Shown here piece by piece: positions 14,510 to 28,300 of a stretch of DNA of 64,000 bases. Position numbers and translations under genes: made by a program. The first letter of the stretch is position 1, and each line of letters begins with the position of its first letter. This DNA comes from a virus (Duplodnaviria > Caudoviricetes), in the IMG/VR virus record IMGVR_UViG_3300036982_000125, positions 1 through 64,000 of that record. One strand, given 5' to 3'. Below the pieces are notes generated by a model that was given only the letters and a program-made list of their open reading frames with translations, did not search any database and was not told the origin of the DNA.

Positions 14510-17500
14510 TTATCTTCTAGCTTCTTTAGAAACTCTAACTCCCAATTCTTTTGCAAGTTCTGGGTTTGTATAAGGAAGAGCTTCATTTAAACCTTGAGAT
14601 AGTCCTGGGATTATATTTAATATGTATTTTAATCCATGTGCTTTTTCCATCATTTCTTCATTGTCTGTAGCTATCCCATATCCTTCTGTAGCTACTTGAT
14701 CTACAATTTTAAATGCTTTAGATAAAAGTCCTACAGATGGAAGTAAACTTCCTTTAGTTATAGACTCAAATGATATTGGATTATAATAGAAAGAAACCTC
14801 ATCACTAATTTTGTTTATAGTTTTTGAATACCACTTATATGCATTCTTTTCAGCATCTGTAGCATCTTCTGGTGGTTCAGCAGCTGCTGCAGCAAATACA
14901 ATTGATAGTAAACCTATTAACAATTTAAGTTCCTTCACTTGATTTTGTAACTGATCTCTCATTAGATCATAAAACTCTTCTTGTGTTATCTCTAACTCTT
15001 GACCAGTTCTTTTATAATGCTCTATTTTTTTAGCTTCTAATAATTCATCTAATATTTTAAGTCCTTTCTCTGTTCCATTAATGATATCAATCATTGATGA
15101 TATATTAGATTTACCTAAGAAAGCTACTGTTTTAAAAAATGCTCTTGTTCTACCATACTCCCATGTATCAAGTTCAACATTCTTTTTAATATCCATTCCT
15201 CTTGCTGTAACAAGTTTAGGAATCCAGTTCTTAAACATCATAAATGAACTAAACATTGTATCTCTTCTATAGTCAGCTTTGTTAGTAGTACTCATTTGAC
15301 CATTTAATGTTCTAGCATATTCTGATACTGTAAGACTAAACTTAGCAACATTTAAATCACTCACTCCTGGTATAACCATTTCACCATTTTCTATCTTAGA
15401 TATATTCTTTAATGCTCTAGGATCTTTTTTTAATTCAGTCACTCTGCTTTCAAATGTAGCTTCTAATGTTTTCCTTTCACTGGTTGATAAAGTATATTTA
15501 GTAGATCTATCTTGAGCTCTTAAATACTTTCTAATGTTTCTAATTTCTCCATCAATTACAATTGAGTTATCAATAAAACTTAATGCATTAGCATATTGTA
15601 ACTTTCTTTCAGGAAAGGAGTTAGTAACTTGCATAACATCTGTAAAAGACCATGTAGATAGATATTCTTTAAATCCTTGTTTCCAAGCTATACTTCTTCT
15701 TTCTTCCATTGTAACATCTTCATTTAAAGGATGTATTAAATCTAGTAGTCCTCTTTCTATTGTAGTTAGTTTACCAGTAGTAACTTTTATATTATTTTTT
15801 TCAAAATCACCAAAAAAGTTATAGAATCCTCCAGCTTGTATATATGCAGTGAATTGATTACCAAACCAGTTAGCAATTGCAATAGCTGGTTTAAGACCTA
15901 CAGCTAAAGATTGTACCCATGTATCTGCTGTAGCTATTATTTTCTTTGTAGCCACTTCAACTTTCTCTGCTCCTTCTTCTGTCTTACCTAATTTAGAAGC
16001 AGCTGCAGATATAGTTATATTACCTAATGAGTTTTGATTTTCTGTTAGGTTATATAGATAGTCATTAATAATAACTTTTAAAAGATCAGCATTTTTGTTT
16101 TCATCAAGGTTCACTTTAGGTTTTATACTACCAGGTTCAAATACCACTTTACCATTTTCTATTATAAGACTTCCCTTAGCAGATTCTATAGAATGTAATG
16201 TAAGAAGTTGGCTTTCTAAATTCTTTTTATTTTCATATTCCTCTATAGCTTTTATCCAAAGACTTCCCACTTTATTAAGATCTGTAGAAAGTTGTTCAAT
16301 AGCTTTATCTGTTTTTGTAAAAAGTTTAGGAATAACTAATTTAACCTTTCCTGTTTCAGGATCATTTTTAGAAAACTGTTGTTCTTCATTTACTTTTATC
16401 TTATAAAAATCTTGAAAGAAATCTTTTGTTTGTCCTGCTAAACTACTAGTTTGATAAAACTTCTCTAATATAGTGGCTTCCATTAATGGAAAGAATGAAT
16501 CTTTATACTCTCCAAGATAACCCATTCCTTCTGCTCTTTCATTTAACTTAGTAAAAACATTCCAAACATCCAAAGCTGCTTTACTTTTAGACATCTCTAT
16601 GTATTCTTTAGAATAATTTTTATCTTGTTTAAATGATTTGCTAAATAAATATCCAAATGTTTTATCATTATACCCATTAAAGGAATCACTAGTTATATCT
16701 AATGCATTATTGATAGCATCAATAGCGTATTGTTTATATCTCTCATTGATTTCTGGATCAGATGCATATTGTCTTTTACTAGCATCTATAGTTCTTTGTT
16801 CTATAGCTGTTTTAGAAAGAGCTTTATATTCTTCTAAGTTTACATTATCTAAGAAGAATTGTTTGTTCTTATCTTCTTTAGCTTTATTAACCTTTACCCA
16901 AAACTCAGGATTAATTTTTTTAATAAGTGACATTCCATCTTTAGACTTTGTAGCAATCATATCAAAAGCTTTTACACCTCTTGCTTTTGCTTCTTTCTCC
17001 AAAGGGATAAGTAACTCTCCAAACTGTTTTATTTGTTTTCTAACCTTACCATCTACAACTTTCTTAGCTACCATTATCAAATTAGTAGTTAAGTTTATTA
17101 ACATAGAAGATAGTTTACTAGATTCTAAGAAAGATTTTGACATTCCTACAATACTAGCTTCTGCATCTAGTACAGACATTTTAGTTCCTTTTACTACCTC
17201 TCCATTTACCATAGTATCTTCTGTTGTAAACTTTTCTCTTAGAGCTATCTCTACAACAAATTGTTTCTGAAGATCATCTATCACCTTCAACATATTATCT
17301 GTAGATCTAGATATATTAGTTAAGTCATCTAATACTTTCTGTCCTTCTTTAGTTAGTTCTTTTCTAGGATAGTATGAAAGAAATGTATCTCCTAAATCTG
17401 CATATTTTTTTGCTCCTTCTTTATAAGAAATTAAATCTTCTAGTTTTTTATTTAACTCAACATCATTAAGTTCTGCAAACTTTATACTATTAAACTCCTT

Positions 17501-19318
17501 TAATGTATCTGCAGCATTGTTTAAGAATGTTTTACCAACATTAACTAATGGTTCAAAATTAAGTTTTAAATGTAAGAAACGAATAGCTTTACTAAGTTCT
17601 GCTAAATCAGCAATCTTTTTATCTTTTTCTGCAAATGATGTTTTCTTATTCCATAACTTATCCCATTGAGCTTGTAATGATACAATTAATTTATCTACTG
17701 CTTCATTACCTGTAGTCTCTGTAATAATTGGTACAGGTAATAAATAAAGATTAGTTTCTTCTAAAGAATTAAGTTTACCTATTTCCATAGACTCTGGAAC
17801 TAATCCAGATTTTTTATCTCCTGCTATTTTATAATTGTAATTTAATATAAAAGGTATCATACGTGCTTTACCTATTTGACTTTGGTTAGCTCCATATGTA
17901 TAATCAATAGCAACAAACTGTCCCATTTGTGGAACCCAATCTTTTATTTTATCTCTTGATATATCTTCATATAAAGTTTTATCCACTGTAGTGAATTTCC
18001 AGTCAAGAGTATCAATTTTCATATCCCAAGTTCCATCTTTCTTTTGTACAGGATAAATAGCTTTAAAATCTACGGTGGAACCAATCATACCTTTTTCTTT
18101 AAGGTTGATTACTTTTTCTTCTATAAGAAATCTTGTTCCAGCTGGATAAGATGCAATTAACTCTTTATTAAAATTGTGTAATTGTTTTTGTAACTCTAGA
18201 GGAAGTTTAGATTTTATTGTATTATTTAATGGAGTGGCATAAGCAAATCCTGTAGCTTTATCAATAAAATTAGTTTCAAAATCATTTTGTTGAAATGCAT
18301 GTCCTGCATCTCCCCAATCTTTTTTCTGATCATCACTAACTTGTTGCTCTGGTGTTCTTTCTGGAAACTTTTTGTTCTTCTTAACTTTCTCTGTAATAGT
18401 TGTAGCTACTCTTTCTCCTTTAAATGTATAATGTCTTTTATCTATTACATCTCCTTTAGCATCTGTTTTCGCAGGATTAAGTATCATGTCCTTAGAATAA
18501 TCTCTAGCCTTATTAAAATAGTTAGTAATTTTATTTGTTACACTATCATCCACTTGAAAATAAATTCCATCAGTTTTTATATCAGCTACAGTACCTGCTT
18601 TACCAGATGTAACTTTAGTACCAGCTGTTTGGAATATATCAATATTGGATTTTCTATAAACTCCTCTAAGCTTATCAAGAATCATATCCCACAATCTTTG
18701 AATCATATTTCTAGTTTCCTCTTCCATTAGTTCAGGATATTCTGTAGAACCTTCAGATTGATAAACTACCACCTCAGATATAAGTTTATCCACAGCTTCT
18801 TTTTTAATCTTTCTAATGTTAGGTTTTCCATTAGCAAGTTGATATTCTTTCTTCTTACTATATACATCTAATGTTTGTTTGTATATTTTGAATCTATCTA
18901 TCTTACTGATAAGTTCTGTAATAAGTTTAGGATCTGTTTGTTCTAATATAGCTGTTGTTATGTGAACAATTTCTTCTACCAATGCTACACCTTCTTTACC
19001 TTGTGCAATAGCCACTGCTCCTTTCATAAGGTCAGCAAGTCCATTTACATTTTTAACATCTATACTAGGAGCTGATTTAGCATAATCAAATAGGTCTTGA
19101 ATGTCAATACCCATTTGTTCTGCAGCAGCTCTCATTGTATTCAATGTTTCTTCTGCTGCTTTAGATGCAGGCATATCTTCTGATTGAAATAATATAGGTT
19201 GTTGTTCTCTCTCAGGAACATTTCCTTCATAAAGATCCCATAGAGCATATGCTACATCTTCTCCTCTAGATGATACTAATAATTTCCATTCTTCTAGGTT
19301 GGTATTTGGACAACTCAT
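14510..19318 (-). CDS. Large ejected cargo protein with degenerate zincin-like motif, PD-(D/E)xK-like segment and C-terminal hydrophobic helix
   Basis: 1602 aa following the RNAP gene; LVEEIVHIT; GDAGH...IEEKV...IGSTVDF...LDWKF...QMGQF; LLIGLLSIVFAAAAA. Confidence 0.55.
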   Translation of the reverse strand: MSCPNTNLEEWKLLVSSRGEDVAYALWDLYEGNVPEREQQPILFQSEDMPASKAAEETLNTMRAAAEQMGIDIQDLFDYAKSAPSIDVKNVNGLADLMKGAVAIAQGKEGVALVEEIVHITTAILEQTDPKLITELISKIDRFKIYKQTLDVYSKKKEYQLANGKPNIRKIKKEAVDKLISEVVVYQSEGSTEYPELMEEETRNMIQRLWDMILDKLRGVYRKSNIDIFQTAGTKVTSGKAGTVADIKTDGIYFQVDDSVTNKITNYFNKARDYSKDMILNPAKTDAKGDVIDKRHYTFKGERVATTITEKVKKNKKFPERTPEQQVSDDQKKDWGDAGHAFQQNDFETNFIDKATGFAYATPLNNTIKSKLPLELQKQLHNFNKELIASYPAGTRFLIEEKVINLKEKGMIGSTVDFKAIYPVQKKDGTWDMKIDTLDWKFTTVDKTLYEDISRDKIKDWVPQMGQFVAIDYTYGANQSQIGKARMIPFILNYNYKIAGDKKSGLVPESMEIGKLNSLEETNLYLLPVPIITETTGNEAVDKLIVSLQAQWDKLWNKKTSFAEKDKKIADLAELSKAIRFLHLKLNFEPLVNVGKTFLNNAADTLKEFNSIKFAELNDVELNKKLEDLISYKEGAKKYADLGDTFLSYYPRKELTKEGQKVLDDLTNISRSTDNMLKVIDDLQKQFVVEIALREKFTTEDTMVNGEVVKGTKMSVLDAEASIVGMSKSFLESSKLSSMLINLTTNLIMVAKKVVDGKVRKQIKQFGELLIPLEKEAKARGVKAFDMIATKSKDGMSLIKKINPEFWVKVNKAKEDKNKQFFLDNVNLEEYKALSKTAIEQRTIDASKRQYASDPEINERYKQYAIDAINNALDITSDSFNGYNDKTFGYLFSKSFKQDKNYSKEYIEMSKSKAALDVWNVFTKLNERAEGMGYLGEYKDSFFPLMEATILEKFYQTSSLAGQTKDFFQDFYKIKVNEEQQFSKNDPETGKVKLVIPKLFTKTDKAIEQLSTDLNKVGSLWIKAIEEYENKKNLESQLLTLHSIESAKGSLIIENGKVVFEPGSIKPKVNLDENKNADLLKVIINDYLYNLTENQNSLGNITISAAASKLGKTEEGAEKVEVATKKIIATADTWVQSLAVGLKPAIAIANWFGNQFTAYIQAGGFYNFFGDFEKNNIKVTTGKLTTIERGLLDLIHPLNEDVTMEERRSIAWKQGFKEYLSTWSFTDVMQVTNSFPERKLQYANALSFIDNSIVIDGEIRNIRKYLRAQDRSTKYTLSTSERKTLEATFESRVTELKKDPRALKNISKIENGEMVIPGVSDLNVAKFSLTVSEYARTLNGQMSTTNKADYRRDTMFSSFMMFKNWIPKLVTARGMDIKKNVELDTWEYGRTRAFFKTVAFLGKSNISSMIDIINGTEKGLKILDELLEAKKIEHYKRTGQELEITQEEFYDLMRDQLQNQVKELKLLIGLLSIVFAAAAAEPPEDATDAEKNAYKWYSKTINKISDEVSFYYNPISFESITKGSLLPSVGLLSKAFKIVDQVATEGYGIATDNEEMMEKAHGLKYILNIIPGLSQGLNEALPYTNPELAKELGVRVSKEARR

Positions 19319-19319
19319 A

Positions 19320-22300
19320 TTAACATTTATTATTTTTGATTATTTCTCCTGCGTCTATAAGATTGTATCCTAAAGATATAAGCATTTTTGTATTTAATTG
19401 ATCAGCAGTGTATGTATTACCATCCTTTAATGTTACTCCTTCAGATTTAACTTCTGGTGCATTTCCTTTATATATATCTACAATAACATCATCTTCCACT
19501 TCATTCACTTTATCAAATCCATTATCAAGAACAGACTGTTGATTTGTTGTATAAAACTCTTGTGCTCTGAATGAATCACCCCAAGCATTGATTGCTTTGT
19601 ATATATATTTTGTATACACTCTTCCATTTGATTCTGTAACTTGTGTAAGAGGAATTATTTTATCATTAGCATCTCTTGTATACACTTTCTTCATTAACAC
19701 TTTATGTTGATGTTGTGTGTCACCATTTTTTCTTCTTAGTATTCTTTGCTGTGAAGAAATAACATCTTCATATGTAAATACAACAAAATCATTTCTTCCT
19801 GCTTCTGACATAGGACTAAGTCCTATTAACTTAGGAACAGTTTTGTTATTCACTGCTGTTGTTAAAGAGTCAACTAATTTTGTATCTGGTTTGAACATAT
19901 AAAAACCATCACCTTTCTTCTTAGGCATTTTTTTAATTGTCTCTCTTTTATATGTAGCTACATCACTATTATTCCAATTAGTTCTTTGAAAAACATCTAG
20001 TTCTTGAAATTGTGCTAAGTTAGGAAGTTTTTCTAATATAGACAAGGTTTCATTATATAATCCTTTAAAATCATTATAAGGAAGAAGGTTAGTAAATGCA
20101 ATAGGAGAATTAGTTAAACCTGATTGTAACAATGCTAGTCTAGTTAATTTACCATACAATTTCAAATTATCTTCTTCTCTTAATGTTTCTCTTAACTCAT
20201 TGAATCCATATATAGTTAAGTTTTGATCAAACACTTTGTTATCTCTGTTATCTAATATAAGATTAATAGGAGCATTTTTTTTACCTCCTTGTTTGTCATT
20301 TTGATCTATAGATAATGAATTAAGAATAATGTTATTGAATAATTTATGTTCTGGTTTAGGAGCTATTCCTTTTACTGGATTACCTAATATAGAATCTCTA
20401 TAGTCAATAATTTGTTCAGCTGCAGATTTCTCTGTTTCTGATCCTAGTAATACTGTTGCAATTTTTGTATTAACATTAGAATTAGTTTGTACAGCCCAAT
20501 CAAATAAATCATTTACAGTTTTTTGTGAAAGCTTAACAAAATCTCTATCATTCATATCTGTATATTGTTCCAGAACATTCTGCAACACTTGTCTAACATT
20601 TCCTCTATCTGACATTAATATTTCAGAGAATGCATCTCTATAGTCAAATATCTTATCTTTCAATTCTTTTACAAAAGATCCTGAAATAATATCATCTACA
20701 GAAGAGATAATAGTTTTTCTAGAATTTATTAATTGAATCATTTTCTTAAATACTAAATATGGATCATTGATATTAGCTGTATCATAGTTTGAAGCTTGTG
20801 ACACTTTAAACATATGTGAAGCCATTTTAGAATATTTCAAGAACTCTTTCAACATATATTGTTGTTGTAGTTTTTGAAGATCTGACATACTTGATTTAGG
20901 AGCTGCATTATTATACTTAAGCATTTTGTATAAATCTGTTTCTGAAGGAATTCCTTTTATAGATGTTCCCTGTTTGGTAAATTCTACACTAGGACTATAA
21001 GCATCTAGTTTATCTTCTATCATATCATCAATGTACAACCATGAATATCCTTTGTTCTCAATACCACGTAAGTAGTCTTTGATAATAGGTTGATTCATAA
21101 AGTATGCTACAGTGTCAATAGGTACACCTAAATCAATAAGGAATAACCATGTAGAAGCTACGTTTGTTGTTGCTCCAAGTTTGATAATCCAGTCACCTTT
21201 AGAGATATCCACATACCCATCAATAAACATTCCATTAATATCTGATATGTATTCTCCTGCTTTATTTTTAATCCATGAAAGCATTGGTCTACGTTTTCCA
21301 TTAACTATTGCAGAATTATATTCTTGGAAGTTAATATCTGTATCTTTAGCAAAAATACTAGAATCTGAATTATATCCAAGAATAATTTTATCTTGTTCAT
21401 CTATTAAATCTCCTTCTAGTCTATCTACATCTATATATGTAACACTACGTTGTCTTTGAGCATGTCCTGTTTGTCCTTGAGCAGCAATACCTAAAGCAGC
21501 TTTACCACCGACAAAAGATTGTCTTAAACTAGACATAAATGTTCTACTCAACATATTACCTACATTACCAAAATCTGCTTTCTCATAACCCATTTCTCTT
21601 TGAATATCAATAGAAAGATTTTTTAATGGTGTTGCATCATTAGGTTTAACTAAGTTGTCATAGTTTAATGGATTAGCTATAAGGTTTTCTAAAGATTGTA
21701 TGTAGGCATTCTCTAAAGATTTTTTATACATACTATCTACATACTCTTCTTTTAAAGATTCACTAAATAATCTCTCGTTTAGTTTTTTCTCTTTATCACC
21801 AGCTTTTACAATTTGATTAAGCATATAATCACTAAGAGAACTTTCTTTATCTTCTGCTTGCTCTTTTATCATATTAATGATTCCAGAGTTAGCATCATAG
21901 AATTTCTGCTGATTGTCTGTTAGTATATTATCATTATCTAATGCTCCAGCTAAATCAAATATATTTTCTCTAAACCCTTCAGATTTAGTAAGTTTTTCAA
22001 TTTGTTCTTTTATATCTTTTTCATATATAGCTGCAAACTTATCCTTAGCTTGTTGACCATATCCATAAAAAGGAACTACTCTTAAATTACCTTTAGTATC
22101 TTCATATAATGATTTTAAATAAATTGATAATTTATCAATATCAAAATCCGATCCTGCTTTCTTAACAAGAGCTGAAGGAATAATTACTGAATCACCAAAG
22201 TCTTTTGGAAGAAATTGTTTAATTCTAAATACATCAATAGAGTTTTGTTTCTGAGTAGGAATACGGAATGCTACACCTGTAATAGCTGCAAACTCTTTCT

Positions 22301-25300
22301 TACCTTCTGGATCATTATTGAAATAATCCATAAGCTCTTTATCTGTTTTATTAGATTTAAACCATCTACCAATCATTATCTCACATACTCTCTTACCATC
22401 TTCATTCTTGTAGAATTCTAGTTCAGTAGATTCATATGTAAGTTTAGGAGTTTTATCATTATTAAGTACTTGTTTACCTTTATCATCTAATACAGGTTTT
22501 CCTACTGCTCTTACAGATTCTAATAATGCAGAAGATACTTGTACCTTCATACCTCCAGATATTTTAGGACGTACAATAGTTTTATCAGCTATAGAATATA
22601 AAATGTTTCTAACTTGTTCGTATACAGGTGTAGCTTCTAATATAACATCACCTTTTACAAATCCTGCAAAAGCATCTACTATATTATAATTAATTTCTCG
22701 TTTACCAATTTCTTCAGTTAGGGTTTTAACTAATTTATCTATATCTTCTATTATCCATTCTTTATCTCCTTTTTCATTTGTAGTTTCTTTGATACCAAGT
22801 TTTTTATATAAAGATTGTATACCTTCTTCAATTCTAGCTTCTAATAGTTTTTGATTGTTTACAAGTTCATTATAAATATTCTTTCCTTCATTATAACTTG
22901 ACTTATCATCAAGAGCTAACCATTCAGCAAATCTATCTTCAAATGTAGGAAGCTCTGGCATAAAATCTACAGGCATACCAGATTCTAAATAATCCATTGT
23001 AGCAAGTTTTGTAATCTGAGATCCTTGTGTAACAGTTGGAGTGTCTTTAGAAGGAACCTCTGATTGTACAGCTACAATTGTAAATGGTATTTTACTTACA
23101 GCTCTTTTAACATTATCAGGTAAGTTACCTTTCTTTTCTTTAGCATCTTCAAATGGTGTATTATCAAACTCACCTTTTGCATTATACAAAGGAGATATCT
23201 TTTCTGTTCCCACTTTACTTCCAGAAGCAAACACACCATAATCTATATTCTCTTTTTGCATCTTGTTATATAACTTGATTGCATTAGAATCAGGATTTAG
23301 CTCATAAAGTATTCTAAATGATAATGGAGCAAGTGCAAATTTGTGAAGAACAATATCATTGTAAGTTCTACCATTATCTTTACTTCCTCTAACAATAGGT
23401 TTTACAGGTGTATATGTATCTTTGATTCCTGGATTACCTTTTAAGAACTTTTTAATTGTAGATTCATCAGCACCAGATTTAACAAGTTTTTCAAATGCTA
23501 TATCAAATCTATATTGTTTCTCATTATTAGCAGTCCATGTACCAGCTCTTAAGGCAAACACTCTAGCTCCTTTGAGTGTAATTAATCCTCCCCCATCTGT
23601 TTCTTCATAAGGAACATCATATCCTAAGTTTTCATTTGTACTTAATACATCTTGTAAAGCTATGGATCTAAAATGATCTTGAGTCATATCTGTATAACCA
23701 ATATCACCAGGTTCAAATCCTTTGTTATAAAGTTCATTAAGTCTAGCATCTATTGCTTGTGAACTAGGAATTAATGCTTGTCCAGGAGATGTAAAGTTTT
23801 TAATACGTTTAAGCTCATCATTATATTGATAAGGATCTGAATACAAAATTTTATGCATTTCTATATTAGCTATCATATAGTTAATACTTAATGCTTTTAG
23901 TTTTGTATTTAATCCAGCTTGTGTAGCCACTTCTTCTTTTTTAAATAATGCCACCTTGTCCACACTAACTACATTATCTTCTGTAGTGATGATATCATAT
24001 GCTCTTAATAGTTGTTCTGTTTCTTCAGTTTCTTTTTTAATGAATGCTTCCACTGCAGAATTTATAGCTTGTTTATTAGTATTGTATAATTCTTCTGCAT
24101 TAGTTTCATCATTAATTCTATTTGCAATGTTTTTATGCATCTCATCTCCTAGAATAGCTTTAAAGAAACGAAGATCTTTACCATTATTTTTTGCTGTATT
24201 TCTATTTTCTTTAACTAGTTCCACTTCAGAAATAAAATAGTCTTTGAATATATCTAAATAGTTCTTATTAGATAAATCAGTTTCTGAAACAAATGGATCT
24301 TTTTGATTAAACATTCTAATAGCATGTTCCAATGAAGCATCACCAGGAACAAGGTTCATGAATATACCAGATAGATTAAGATTTATCTCTTGAATAAGTC
24401 TTTGTCTATATGTAACTTTAGAAGCTTCTTTCTTCTTACCAGTTTCTTCATCTACTATACCATCTACAATAACAGGTTTTCCAATATCTTCTGTACCAGC
24501 TCTACGTTTTCCTGTACTATCTATTCCAACTATATCAAACATCTTTTTTAACATTTGACTTCCTTGTACAAATACATCATTACCTGCAGCTAGATAAGCA
24601 AATCTTTTATATTTAGGATTGTTTTGTAACTCTTCTATATTCTTTAATTTAGATAGAGTGTTATGTAAAGCACTGATAAGATTAGTTCCAATGAATGATT
24701 GTGTACGTTCTCCATTAATATTAAAGTATGTAGATTGGAATTCTGTATTTTCAATAATAGCTTTTACAATAGCTAACTCAAATAAGTTACCATCAATATT
24801 TAATGTTTTAGTATTAATAACTTTTATACCACCATCTTCTTCTACATCATTATTGTTTGCATCTTTAACAATTTTTGTATCCCCCACTTTAGCAAGCTCT
24901 TCTCTAATATATCCAACTGATTTTTTAAATGCAGAAATTTGATCTTCTTTTAAATCTATTAAGTCTCTTTCATTAAATTGTATTCCAATTGAATTAAGAA
25001 AATCAATATATTGCTTTAGACCACTACCATCAAACTCTAAAGCTTTCAAATTATCTTTAGCATAATATCTACCTGTTGAAGGTACATATCTAAAATACTT
25101 AGATTGATCTGCTTTTAATGTAGATATGATATTATTAATCATTCCTTTTTTAGCTTGTTTAGCTGCACTACTAAGTGTAGAATTACTAACAACTACATCA
25201 CCATCCTCTTGTAAGAATACAGTGATTACATCAGGGTTTTGCATGCTAATAGATTTCCATAATGCTGCAGCTAATTGGAAGTCATGTTCTTGAATAGTAT

Positions 25301-28300
25301 CTATATCCAATCCTACATCAGCTGAATTACCTGTAAGTCTTCTAAATAAAGCATTATAGTTAGGATTATTTTCTGCCATTGTTTTAAGTCCTAACAACAT
25401 ATCTTCTATATCCATAGAACTATGTAACTTGGCTTTTAAATCAATATGTATTTGATCTGCAGGGATAAGTGTAACTCCTCCTATAGAAGAAGGTTCCCAG
25501 TTTATAGATCCATCAACCATTTGTGTAACAGGAATAGTACTCAATACAAGTTTTAATGCTGCATTAGCTTTTCTAAATGAATCTATTTTGTTAGCTGCTT
25601 CAAATTCTCCTCTACCAGTATTCTCATCATTGTCCAATAAGCCTTCATCATTCTCATCAAACTGAACATCAAATGTTTTTAAATGTGCTTTATGATTAGC
25701 AGTGATTTCAGCCCATTCATTTTGGATGTTAATAGATAAAGCTTTATTATTATTAATTAATCTTGTAGCTTTCTCTAATGTTGTTTTACCATCTACTACT
25801 AATTTATCTGTTAACTTATTTTGTTTAGCAAGAAGTTTTAATATACCAAGTTTTAATTCTGGATATAACTCAGATTCTTTTTGATCATTAACAGTGAACA
25901 CACTCTCGTTATTAAGAGATAGTTTGGTTAATGTCAAGAATGTCATATGCTGAATAATATCATGCATCTCAATCTCAGGGATTGTTAATGATCTCATTTC
26001 AGAACTACCTGTAGCTTGAGCATCTTCAATATCTATAATTCCTTTTGTAGCATAAGATAATCCTTTCTCATAAGGATTAAATTGTGCATAGTATCCATTA
26101 CCAATATTATTAAATAATTCTTTAGTATTACGTTGAGCAGTTTCTCCTGTAAAGAAAGCTTTGATAAAATCCATCAATTGAGAAAACAATCTACCTATTA
26201 AAGTTTTTGATTCTCTTGGAATTCCTAATTTATCATTAAGTACAGCATCTCTAAACTCTTCAGCAAGTTGCTCTTTAATTTGATAAGGAGTAGCTTTACT
26301 ATATTCTACTGAAGTATTAGTTTCTCTATCTGTGAAAGATCCTTTTCTTGATCTAAACTCATTAATGATAGCTTGTTTCTGAGCTGGTCCAGCAAACATT
26401 TTCCATACAGCTTCAAACACTTCATGGTAAGCTGTTCCTTCTTCTGCTCCTTCATATACATATATAGCAGCATCGTGGAACATTCCCCATGCTTGTCTAC
26501 CATTAGTACCTTTGATTATATTCTTAACTCTATAGAAAGGAATTTTAGGAAGCATTTTAGCCATTGCTTCTTCAACTTTATTCCATTGTTCTGGTTTAAA
26601 TTGATCAAGCTTATCAATAAGTTGTGCAACTCTCATTGCACTTGTATCTACATCATCATCATCTAAATCATCTAAATCAATAAAATCTGCAGGAAGTTCA
26701 GTTGTAGGAGTTACTACTTCTTCTACAGGTGCAACTTCTTTATTAGTAGATGCAGTTTTATTATAATCAATTATACTATTAATTATTTTATCTAGTTTAG
26801 GATCGTTCTCATTAAAAACTCCACCTTCACCAAAACCATTCTCTGCTGTAAAATAATTTCCTTTAGGTTCTTCTACAATATCAACTTCAGCAAAGTCTTC
26901 AAACCCACCAACTGTTTGTTGAGATTGTCTATCTTCTGCTTGATAGTAAGAGAATTTTACAGTGTCACCTGGTTCATCAATATCACTTGTAATACTTTTT
27001 AACTCTCCACTTATCAATCTTGATTTAACATTCTCTAATGTAGCAGTATTCCAATCAACTCCTTCTTGTGCAGTTGATGGTATAACTTCTTCAGGAGCAA
27101 CTACTATCTCTTGTTCTTCAACTACTTGAGGTTCATCAGCTATTGCTGGTTGAACAGGAATCATTTCTGCTACTACTTGTGGAGCTACAGCTTCAAATAT
27201 TTTATTTAAAGCAATTCCTTCTGCTCTATTCTCACCTGCTGCTGTTACAAGAGCTGAAATACCATTAGTATTATCTGCTGTATCAATATATGTTACTACT
27301 TTATTATCTTTAAGAATATTTAAAAACTCTTTAGTTAATCCACCATCTTCATATAGACTAGTGAAATCTGTAAGTCCTTTTAAATAATCTGATATTTTAC
27401 TAATATCAAATGTAAAGTTTATATTATAGATTGGAGTAATACCACCAGTACCATTTGGCTTTCCACCTATAGTAATACTATTTTCTGTTGTTCCATTTAA
27501 ATTATATTTACCAGGAGATGTAGGTTGTTGTTGTGGAGTTACTGGTGTAGCTACAGGAGCTTGTGCAGTGGCAACAGGTGCTGGTGCAACCATTGCAGGA
27601 GCTGCTACAGGTGCTGCAGGTACAGTGTATTCCACTGAACTATTCAATGTAAAATATATTCCTTTTCTATTTGTATCTTCTGCAGATTTCAAAGGTCTTA
27701 CTTGTGTTGTAAGAGGAATTTCTTTTCCAGTTCTTTTACCTATAACATTTCCATCTTTATCTACAATGTTTGCTGATAATAAATATGTTTGATAATTAGG
27801 CCATGTTCTTGTAACAGGGTTACCTAAGTTATCAAATCTTAATATCTCATCATAAGGAGCATTATATGTATCTATATTTACTTTTTTAGCATCTGTATTA
27901 GCATACATCTGTCCTAGCAATCCAAGAATATCTTGTTTACTATTAATTAAACCTTGAGGAGTAAAATCAAAATATTTTGTAGATTCTTTTTGAAGACCAG
28001 ACATAAACAACTTCTTAACTTGTTTACCTTCTACTAATACATTATCAAACCAGATGTTATTATATCCAGCAGGTTTTCTTGAACCATCAGGGTATTTAGC
28101 AATTCCCCAATATACAACACTCTTTAACCAGTTTAAAATATTTTTATTTACTTCTTCTTTTTCATTACCATATAAAGAACCTTTCTCAGAAGCATTTTTA
28201 GATAAGTTTAATATTGCATCAAAAATTGTTTCTGATTCATCTTTACTAAACTTCTTATTAAATAATCTAACAAGTCCCTGTCCTGGTACACGTAAGAACA

